Origin: Octopus sinensis | Taxonomy: Eukaryota | NCBI RefSeq assembly: GCF_006345805.1 | Contig: NC_042999.1 | Coordinates: forward strand, 51,522,001-51,586,000 | Direction of reading: 5' to 3' | Length of the DNA: 64,000 bases | In this document: positions 51,171 to 61,395 of the stretch, in pieces | Layout: each line of letters opens with the position of its first letter | Position numbering within the stretch: position 1 is the first letter of the stretch | The notes under the pieces: generated by a model | Told to the model about the DNA's origin: nothing | Database searches by the model: none | What the model saw: only the letters and a program-made list of their open reading frames with translations | Translations under genes and position numbers: made by a program

Positions 51171-52589
51171 GCACAAATTATAGGAGTTGAATGATGTCTT
51201 GGATGAGGAAGAGGTCGAGCGGGATTGTATGTTGATAAGAAATGTGTGGAGTTCCTGGGTGTTTTCGTCCCTATGAAGTGTAGGGAATGTTAGTGTACCG
51301 TATAGCCATGGTAGCACCAGCAAGGAACCTAATTAAAATGTTTCCAACAAAGCAAATTCTGATAAAATTACGTAAAGACATGGAAATGGCGTTAAATTGT
51401 GTACCTTTGTGTACATACCACATCAAAACTCTTAATTAATCCCAATTTCGTGTAATTTAATTTGTTATTTCTGTTAGCATTGATTTTCTCTGGAGTTGTT
51501 CCAAGACAGATTATCGAATATATTCCTTGTTATTTTTTGTTTTCTTTCAACAGAAACAAAAACAATAAAAAGGTTTCAGACTGTGAAATTATTTCAGTGT
51601 CTGAATGAATGTAAATCGATAAGATCGTGCCACTATTTATCAATATTAGTATAGTATCACCGATCCAATGAGTTAGAGAATATTGTTTCACCCATTCGCT
51701 GTTTACGAGACGAAGTTGTCGCTAGATTTTTGTTATTTGAAAAGATCTCAAAAAATATCCATTTTGTCGTAAATAATCGTTTCTGTCAGTCTTTGATGTT
51801 TCTTTTGATCTAATTTTCTCTAATCTTTGCACTCAATATCACACCACACGATAAAGTTTCTCTCTCACTTTTCAATTGTTTCTAGATTAATTCCTCCACA
51901 AAATAGTTTATATTCCTTCCCACCCTTGTTATGTTCTTGCTATTCATCAACACCTCAATAATGGGATCAGTAAAGAATGCAACACAAGCCGAAAGCAAAT
52001 ATTAACAACAACAACAACAAACATATTGGTTTTACTGATCCATTTTTTTATATTGATTATTATCAATATTACACACACATATATATATAATCGATGTATT
52101 TCACTTATCGATTACGTTCGATGTATTGTTGTTTCTTAGCTCTACGCCTCTCTGACTGAGCAGGCCTATGACTAAAGGTATTCCATCTGTGATATGCCAT
52201 CTGTGGCCATCCCACCCGTTTTTTTATTAATACAATGAACAAAGGACCACCAATATCCAAAGGGTCTCTCATTCATGAACACGACAGGGTGTGATGTAAG
52301 CCGTTTTCAGCAGACAGAATGACTGTGCAGAAGTTCTCTCATTGCCTGGTATTTATTGATTATATTGATTATATTGGCGATTTATTGATTGGTTATGACG
52401 TCATTAAATATAAGAGAATCACGTGATTTTATTTCTGTCTGTCTCGTGTCGTGGTGTTGTATATCGCTTAGTCCTTGCAAGTATTTTGGAATAGCTAGCT
52501 GGCCCCTCACTCAAAACCTCTGTTCTAGAAGAACAATCAATGTGATTGGTCTTTCCCGACAGCGTCCCCTTTCACAAAGCGATATCGAA

Positions 52590-52646
<57 letters not shown>

Positions 52647-55600
52647 ACACACAACACACACACACACACACTGCTGGATTGTTACTATTATCGATGGAAG
52701 AAAAAATGAGAGGCAAAGTTGACCTTGGTGCGATTACAGCCCAGACCGCTGAAATACACATTGAAAGCTATTCTATACGATCGTGACCGACTCTGCAAAT
52801 TCAGTAACAAACCCATCGCATATATTAACTTGAATAATATATTAATCTGACAGATGAAGGGTGACTAGGTTCGTGCCCAGTGCTGGCCATGTGTTGTGCA
52901 TCTGGTTATAACAATACTCAGTAACTGACTCCACCACCTCCAACCAGTTAAAACACTATTTAATCAACATCAAACCATTATATTTTATATTTAATGAATT
53001 TGAAATATTGAAATGACAAGGTTGTCTCCCTTAGAAGTACTCTTTTTAATATAATGGATTAAAAAGGTCTTGTTACTACACTTAGAATGTAGGCGTTAAA
53101 ATTGAGAAGAGTTGTTAATGAAACCAGCAAAATCTTGTGTTGACTGTTCAAACCCGACTGAGGTTATCTTTGCCTTTCATATATCCGAGGTCGACAAATA
53201 AAGGGTGATGGAGAGGCGGAATTATTAGGGTATCCGACTGAATACCTTGTTTATTTTGGCACTTTGCGTTCTGAGTTCAAATCCGGCTGTAGCATACTTG
53301 TGAATTTAACACCACTGCTTGCTCCTTGGTCACTTTCAGTGGAACCAACTCTTTTCCATGCACTGGAGCCAGACGTCTGGTTTGAGGATGATTTTCTCCT
53401 TCATTTTCGGAGGCCCTCTAAACGGTCATGGGTTCTGTCCCTCACTCCTGGCAAAACGATAAAATTTTGTTATTTGTTTTTCATACAGCCAGCTTCCCTA
53501 GGAATTTTTTTAAAGATGTTATCAGCTTACCTTGTTAAAGTCTACCTGTCCAGGTGGACTTAATTGCTCTCCAGCACTATTATTTCTGATCTATAGGTAG
53601 AATCTCTTAGTTCTATTCGTCTTTATTATAAAATAGGGTTGGTATGTGTGCGACGAACAAATTAGTATCATTTGCCTTTAATTTACTGTTGTGTCGCTTG
53701 AAACAATTTATATTGCATGATATTAAAATTTCATTATTGTCTGGAATTTAAATAACTAATTAATTTAATACTTCGTGTTTTCTTTTTTGTAAACTGATTA
53801 AATCAATAACCAATTCATTTTGAAAACATATTTCTTTTCTTTAGCAACTTTTATACCAGCTTCAACAATCGATTACTGTCAAAGGTACTACATTGCGTAA
53901 ATGTAGGGTGAGATATATTGTAGGTAAGTGCGTATGTGAGTGTGTGAGTATAGGAGTGAAGTATATCATGTGTGTGCGTGTGAAAGTGTTTGCGTGAAAT
54001 GAATAGGTGTGTATGGTAAATACATTACGCTTGAATGTGGAAAGCACATTACGTGTGTGTGTAGGTGTGTGTGTGTGTGTGAGTGTGTATGTGGTAAGTA
54101 TGGGGCTGACCTGTGTGTTACAAATGATGCCAATAAAAACTCATGTCAAAATTCTTCTCTTTCTGTGTTATTTATTGATAAATTGTCACGTGATTAGGAA
54201 TCGAACCTGATTGAATTTATTATTCATTCTCTCCTCACTTATTGTGTGGTCACTTTCTCACCAGAGGATCGCACGTTCTATTTCATGGCGTCACAATATG
54301 GTCAAAGTCTTCTACGGCATCCACGGACCGATTAAAGCTCTCTCAGCGAAATGGGATAAATAGAACCCTGTCCCCAAGCGGATTTAGGCTTAACACGGTC
54401 ATCTGGTCTTTGGAGGTCTTTAATGGAATCCCCTACTATGTTGAAAACCTTCAGCTCATGTTTGTGGCTTGAGAATAACTTCTCACCCTTTCGCTATCAG
54501 ACTTGGGTTCCCTTTAAACAGTCTTCGTTTCTGCTTTTTTACCTCTTACTGAAATTACATCTTAATGTCTGTTGAAACTACTGCACTTACCCGTTCACGT
54601 TTAAAGGATCCAGTTTAATAAATGAAACTTATAGAAGACATTAACCGTCATCAATGTAGGTCATCATGTGACAAGAAAAGTTTTTGTTTTCTTGTCTTAG
54701 GTTTTGATTTGCACCTGTGATATACGCATGTATTGACTGTCATCTATTAATTATAAAACTCTTCCATTATATAAGTCATTGATGTCATTTGATCTAACTC
54801 TTCCTCTGTCATCGCTTGTTTAACAGATGGCAGATATTCATGTTTATTCACCGTTGGAAGTCCACCAGCAACAGTAGAAGACGTGACGAGTACATTTTAA
54901 TTACGCCTTATTTGCTAATGACCACTGGTGAAGTCTAATGACAACACAGCAGTGTTATGTTGTTCACAGGCTTTCTTATATCCTCTGCAACGAGATCGTG
55001 TCTTAAAAACTTACCTCTGTTTTTGTGTTTATGAGTGAAAACAGGATTCACTTAAAGTGCCAGAGATTCATTCTTCAGTTACCGAATGACACTTTATGTA
55101 TAATTGTAATCAAATGGTTTAACTCATCAACAAACTTTCTTTTCAGATTATATTCAGCGGCACACTTAACTGAATTCGAATTTTGTTTTTAATTTTACTT
55201 GATGGTACTAATAATATCTATGAAGGCCGGTTGCTGCTTAAAACGATAGTTCAGAAGAACAAGATTCATCTGATTCACTTTTACTTGAATTTTCGTTTTA
55301 GTTGAGAAGGGACATGAATGTCTTCAACATATTTCATCGGCGATGTGGGCTTTTTTCACTCCACTTGGTATTGTCACGGAAATATCACATAGTCGAAAAG
55401 AACTGTTTTTAAATATTTCTTGAATTACTTTCCAGACATTTTAACATATTAAGAAGTTTTACTTTCGAAAAACTAGCCTACAGGTTGACATCTTAAGACT
55501 ATACGACTGTCTTCATTATAATTTGGACCCTTGTCGATTGAACTCCGTATTTCAGAGTTTATGTAATTACTGGCTTTGTTTCTGTAAGGAACTACATACA

Positions 55601-56428
55601 CAGATGCAACATGTGTATCTCTAAACCAGAAATATGAACCAGTTTCTAGTTCCCGTCACAGACGAGCACTTCTCTCGAGCTACTTCCAACAGACTGATAC
55701 GGAAAATGGAGGAATTAAACCCTGTTCGGACGATTGCTAATTTCGACTGCCTTACCTTCCTTAGAATCTAGCGGCACTTTTACATTGGCTTACATCAGAA
55801 GTCCGAAATGATTTTCATCTCCTGACTGGTTTGTCGTAAGGGAGCCAAGCTTACCAATGACCAATAAGCATACCTTACGTATGATGACCTGTGAAAGTGT
55901 ACTATTGCGACTACTGGTGACATAAACAACGAGAGAGTACTGCAGGGAGAACTGGTGACATATATGAAAGAGCACTGCAATGATGCACACACACCACACA
56001 CACACTCAGATTGGGTCTATGTGAAGGCTACTCAACAGATTGACCGTATTAACCATCAACACAGTACAATCACTATCAATGAGATGTGCTCTTTCCCTCT
56101 CCATCAACTTCTAACGCTTTTGGTTGCTATAATGGTTGCTTTTCCAATGGAGTAGCCAGTACTGCTCAACTCTTTCTATTTTCTATCATTTTCCATAATA
56201 AAAAGACTATCCAGAATATTGAAAGAAGATTTGCAACATTGCTTCCCACCCTCGTTTAAGCTGACACTAAACTCCATCCATTAACCTATACACATTTCAT
56301 AGCGATTTGACATACACCCAAAATATATCAGCGTGAAATATGTGCGAAATTATTCACTGTGAAATAAGTGTATACTTGTAACTCACAAATGAATTCTGAC
56401 TGGAGAAGAAAATTGTCTTTATAAAATA

Positions 56429-56712
56429 CTAGCAGTATCGCCCGGCGTTGCTCGGGTTTGTAAAAGAAAAGCATTTTTAGAGAGTTACTTCCCTTATATA
56501 AACCGAGCTAAAAATGCGAAAAAAATGATGGTAAATTTTTTTAAAATCGTAGACTCATCGTAGACGCGCGCTAATACCCAGAAGGGCTCGACATGAATCA
56601 CGACTATAAGGTACCCGCTTTTGGTTAAACTACACCGCAAAATGTGGGAGTAGTTAGGAATCTAAATCGGAGGAGACGGACTCTCACACAACTTCAGTTT
56701 TATATATAAAGA
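56429..56712 (-). mobile_element. Complete non-autonomous Helitron (284 bp)
   Basis: Minus strand A|TCTTTATATATAAAACT ... CCCGAGCAACGCCGGG hairpin, CGATACTG CTAG|T. Inserted between A and T, no TSD. Confidence 0.88.
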
Positions 56713-58258
56713 TATCGATCTACGCAGAAACATTTTATAATGAGTTGACACACATAAAACACTAAACTCGACAGCCCCCTCGCTTTTACGGCACACAGAT
56801 TCTGAAACTCAAATCTTTGGGAAATTCCAACGGTGAAATATGTCTTATCGTTCTATTCTGATTTATGTCTCATCATCACTTTGCTAATTCCTACTTCTGC
56901 TCCACCATCTTCAATATGGTGGCCATAACATTAGTATTGGAACCTAAAAGAATTTGCTTTCGAACAATTCTACATTTGTAGAGAAACTCGGAACATGAGC
57001 AATGTGATTTGGTCTGATGGCTACTTAATGTTATTTGATCTTGTGACTGCCATTGGGGATTTAGTTTGATCTTAAGACTGCCACATGTAATACAGTTTGG
57101 TCTTAAGACTGCTACGAGTAGTTATAATTGAGTTATTGTGGAGAAACGAAATTTCACGTGACATATAAGGGATGGCATGTAAAACTTTGCAGAGAAGGAA
57201 GGACACTTTGGATAATGTGGTGCTGGATAAACCAGGTTTGAATAAAAGACGGGATGGTGACGTCTTTTAACCAGATGTTATCTAGATCGAGCATCATCTG
57301 ACCAATAAAGACCATCACCACCATCAACTGCAACTATCATGGTGAGGATACGGCTGCAAAATATTGTCAAGGGGACTTGTGAGAGAGCAGTAGCAGCTGG
57401 ATTTATTGACAGAGGACCGACAGAGCCTTAAGGGAAAAACCGGAAATCATTTTTAGTGGAGCACCAACTTTGAGAGGACTTAAAAAATATTTGGTACCAT
57501 AAAGTATTTAGTATTCAGTTGTTGAATAAATATAAAACACAATCTCATCTTTTGGAAGTAGAGGAAAAATGCCCAAAGAAAACCACCATATTATTTATTA
57601 CAGGGTTTTAGGGATTAAAACCCATTTTTGTCTCTCAACGGTTGCACATGGTGACAAACAAATGAAAGAAAAAAATTCCACAAAAATGTGTAATTTTAAA
57701 TGATTTAAATACATTATGACTTTTTACAAGGCGTAGAGCCGGAGGATTTTAGGGAAGGGAAGCGGGAAAAAATGTGACGTTCAGGCCTTTCCCAAGGACA
57801 TTAGCGACGTAAATGAAATGATTTCAACTGGGAATCCAAACCAAGGCACAGGCTTGATTCACTGGTAACTTACTTCGATTCTACGTCGCTCGCCAAGTTA
57901 AAAAGGAAAATAAAAAGACTGTAAAATATGTCAAAATACGAACAATTGTTCATACGTTAAAGAATGAAATATACTCTTTTGGATTTCCTTTCACCTTCGT
58001 TTCCTCATGGAATTTAATAGACCATTGTTATTATTATTATTATTATTAGAAGAGACATTGGCGTTAATTGATTTTGATCAAGGAAAATTTGTTTGAAAGA
58101 GAGAGTGAATTTCTGTTTCTAAGAAAATACGGAAATGAAAGTCGTAATGAGATCAAATGGTGACTTAAGGATTTAATGAGAATGTAATTTTCAAGTTACG
58201 AGATTTTTTCATTTCTATTTTTTCATTATAGACTGCTTTATATTCAACAATAACTAAA

Positions 58259-60673
58259 TCAAACAGCCGTTCCGAACTCATCTTTGTAACTGGCAGTAGG
58301 GGAGGACACTGGACTATTTATATCTCCATTTACCACACTGGACCTACTGTAGAATCGTGGCGGTTTTCTTGGAGCTAAGCTCCCAAGACTTCCAACCGAA
58401 GAATATCGTTTGTTTGTATCTTCTTTAGGTTTAATTTGTGGCGAAGTAAAAGTAACACTGCGCTTTGGACAGCCATCGCTCGATACAGGTGAGACAGCAA
58501 AAGGTAGAACCTTGTTTTTGCTTCCAAATATTGGGTCATAAGAGGAATTATATACAATGTTTGGATTCTGGTTTTTTGAAAACAGATAGTCATTGAGAGG
58601 TTCCTGATTGATCATTATGTTATAGAATTCTTCATTGTCGTTGTTATTGCTTTTATGACGACGATTTGTCACATAGTGAGGTGGACCTGTTTTGAACGAT
58701 GAATAAGAGCCAATAGTATTTCTGGGGAAAGTTGTTAGTGGAACTTCTTTAATGTTGCCTCGCTGCTTGCTTTGGTGAGTTGGTGTATTTTGAGCACTTA
58801 ATGTTGATCCTAGCAAAGGTGATGCAGACTCAGAAAATGGATGATCTTTTTGAAGCCAGCAAGACGTGTTATTTGGTTCGAGTTCAGAATGAGTTTCATT
58901 GAAACGTGTATTAGAAGTATAGAGCTGAGAAACATCTTCAGAATCAACAGGATCGGACTTGAACGACACATAGTTACCATCACTAACTACAGTTTGGTAA
59001 AGGGGGTCCATTTCTCCCATGTCCATTTGGTCTTCATCACAACTCCGGTTTTTCACGTCCGAACGATTTTTCTTTTCAAACAAGTCCTCAATTGTGATCC
59101 GCAGTTTTTCTTGACGTTTGCGTTGGTTTTTTATATGTCTGAAAACTAACAGCAACATCAGAAGAACTATTAATACCAGAGTAATGGCTACGGAACAAAT
59201 TATTGCTGTTTTAGCATTGAAAATAGTTTTTTTCGTCTCCATTTCCAATGGTAATCTGTTTGGGTTTAGCTCTAAATTCACCTTGTAAGTTACTGAGTCT
59301 CTTCCCATGGGATTTCTGGCTAAACATTTATAGAAACCAACATCTTTCTTCTGAAAGTTTTTTATAGTAAGAACCAAATTTTGAATATTTTCTAAATACT
59401 CGACGATCCTAAAATGATCGTCTTTGCTGTCCCCCCTAATGCGTCTGTCATTATGGAGCCATATCATTTCAGCAGGAGGGTCAGAGTATAACCTACATGT
59501 TAAATTCACATTGGTACCAGCTTGTATCTTTAAAGACGTTCCACTCGAATACATCATGATCTTACAAGCAAATTGATGCTCAGGTACTTTCATGAAATCT
59601 TTTCTGCTATTAATATGAGGCCCAGAACAAATCGGTAAAATTGTATTTGAAGGCCATTTCCTATAACTTCTTTCAACCCAATCTCGTAACCAGCGTAGCT
59701 TACAATCACACTGCCAAGGATTATTGTATAGATGTAATGTTTCAAGATCTTGTCCGGATTTGTACAAAGCTCTAGAAGACAAACTTTGCAGTATATTATT
59801 TTGAATGCTCAAACTTCGAAGAGAAACGAGAGAGGTCAAGGCGTAGTCGTCTATCACAAACAGTCGGTTTTTGTCCAATTTTACAGTGGAAAGTTCTTTT
59901 AGAGTTGGAAAAGCATGTTGACTAATGTGTTGTATATTATTACCGCTGAGAATCAATGTCTCCAATGCAGGCAAACTCTTTAGAGCTTCTGTTGGAATTG
60001 TGGTCAACATATTACCTTTTAAATCCAAAGCAACCAGATTAACTAATCCAGTAAAGGCATTAATATTGATATCTTCGATTGAATTTTGACGTAATGATAA
60101 ATTTCGCAGTTCGTCGTATCTGGCAAAATATATAATGGATTTTATAAGCTTTATCATATTATAATCTAAATTTAGTTCCCATGTCTTCACGTGTAAATCA
60201 TTTGGTACGTCTTCCAGGTTCCTCTGGCTGCAATTCACTGAATAAATATCTCTGTAGTCCACCTCTGTACGGCAAACTGGCTCTTCTGATGAACTTGATG
60301 ATAACATTGGCAAGCTATACAGAAGCAGTAGAAAAATAGAAATTCTGAAGATTTTCAGACATTGTGGAGAATTTCTGTTTAAGTGAGTGTAAAGTTTTGG
60401 AGAAATATCTTTCTTTAATAATTTCGATGACCAAGTAAAGGGATATTCTGTGTGAAAGCAGGAAAAAGACATTCCTACACGAATATAACGAAATGAAGAG
60501 TTTTCTTCATCAAAGTCTAAAGAATTTGTCTCTTCCGTCTCTTCTAAAATTCTTTCAAGTTTTTTCTTTCTTTTCTTTTTTCTGTAAATTTCTGTTTTTC
60601 CTTTATGTTGTGTGACAAGAAACTGGAAAATTTCCAAGCATTGTTGGTACCAAGGATATCCAAGATGTGCCAT
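58259..60673 (-). CDS. LRR-Ig single-pass receptor, Kekkon/LRRC24-like (804 aa from first ATG)
   Basis: Uninterrupted ORF: hydrophobic signal-like segment, LRRNT, 7 LRRs, LRRCT (NPWQCDC), one Ig domain (C..W..D.G.Y.C), TM AIICSVAITLVLIVLLMLLLVF, ~300-aa tail ending DEFGTAV. The track's 826-aa start is a TTG inside the upstream intron. Confidence 0.92.
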   Translation of the reverse strand: MAHLGYPWYQQCLEIFQFLVTQHKGKTEIYRKKKRKKKLERILEETEETNSLDFDEENSSFRYIRVGMSFSCFHTEYPFTWSSKLLKKDISPKLYTHLNRNSPQCLKIFRISIFLLLLYSLPMLSSSSSEEPVCRTEVDYRDIYSVNCSQRNLEDVPNDLHVKTWELNLDYNMIKLIKSIIYFARYDELRNLSLRQNSIEDININAFTGLVNLVALDLKGNMLTTIPTEALKSLPALETLILSGNNIQHISQHAFPTLKELSTVKLDKNRLFVIDDYALTSLVSLRSLSIQNNILQSLSSRALYKSGQDLETLHLYNNPWQCDCKLRWLRDWVERSYRKWPSNTILPICSGPHINSRKDFMKVPEHQFACKIMMYSSGTSLKIQAGTNVNLTCRLYSDPPAEMIWLHNDRRIRGDSKDDHFRIVEYLENIQNLVLTIKNFQKKDVGFYKCLARNPMGRDSVTYKVNLELNPNRLPLEMETKKTIFNAKTAIICSVAITLVLIVLLMLLLVFRHIKNQRKRQEKLRITIEDLFEKKNRSDVKNRSCDEDQMDMGEMDPLYQTVVSDGNYVSFKSDPVDSEDVSQLYTSNTRFNETHSELEPNNTSCWLQKDHPFSESASPLLGSTLSAQNTPTHQSKQRGNIKEVPLTTFPRNTIGSYSSFKTGPPHYVTNRRHKSNNNDNEEFYNIMINQEPLNDYLFSKNQNPNIVYNSSYDPIFGSKNKVLPFAVSPVSSDGCPKRSVTFTSPQIKPKEDTNKRYSSVGSLGSLAPRKPPRFYSRSSVVNGDINSPVSSPTASYKDEFGTAV

Positions 60674-60691
60674 CTTTCCCCAATTTTCTTC

Positions 60692-60735
60692 CTGTAAAAT
60701 AAAAAGGAAAAAAAAAATTAAAAAACAAAACCAAA
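60692..60735 (-). promoter_or_regulatory. 3' splice acceptor of the intron upstream of the coding exon
   Basis: Minus strand TTTTGTTTTTTAATTTTTTTTTCCTTTTTATTTTACAG|GAAG; exon starts at 60691, 18 nt before the ATG. Confidence 0.8.
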
Positions 60736-61131
60736 ACAAGAACCTTTAATTCATACACAGGTTAGTAGTTTCAAAAAAAAAAAAAATTTACAAATATAAT
60801 TTTTAACTACGGCTTCAGAATTATTTCATACATTTGAAATGTTTTCATGTTTTCTGTAACGATTGACCACTCATTTAAATATGGAATTCCTTTTAGAAAT
60901 GAGATTGATAATTATTTTATCGCAATGTTTAGAAATACTGTGGTATCTAGCTGGCCTGAAAGTTTTCCATAATCACCCACCAACCATGCAATATCTTTTT
61001 TTCTCAAACCATTAACTTCTTATTGGCGAAACAATACATATCACAGACAACATAATGACTTGGTAATGAACCAGGGATCTCCTACGAAACATTTCGATCA
61101 CATTTTGATAAGAGTAATCGTAAAATTGGGT

Positions 61132-61135
<4 letters not shown>

Positions 61136-61190
<55 letters not shown>

Positions 61191-61305
61191 GGATCAGAAC
61201 GGTTTGATTAAAATTCCATGCTAAAGTTTCAAATCCCCCGATGAGGCTTATCGTCGGGCCAATGAAATTCGAATCATAATCATCTATTCATAATGAATAT
61301 AATCG

Positions 61306-61390
<85 letters not shown>
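61136..61390. repeat. Two (TA)n tracts enclosing a ~120-bp island
   Basis: Directly visible (61136-61188 and 61311-61390). Confidence 0.9.

Positions 61391-61395
<5 letters not shown>

Noticed and set aside
50170-51330. Very old LINE endonuclease-like remnant
   Set aside because: Only a weak GDFN-like echo; boundaries cannot be supported.
54240-54520. Possible Tx1/L1 RT C-terminal remnant
   Set aside because: Too degraded to call.
55790-55980. Possible minus-strand exon (CAG...GTAAG)
   Set aside because: Splice-like ends exist but there is no homology or frame support; it could be non-coding or chance.
57008-57113. CRISPR-like repeat-spacer look
   Set aside because: Eukaryotic context, 18-nt imperfect repeats, 13-nt spacers and no cas genes.
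60674-60739. First 22 aa of the 826-aa ORF
   Set aside because: Starts at TTG within the polypyrimidine tract of an intron acceptor.
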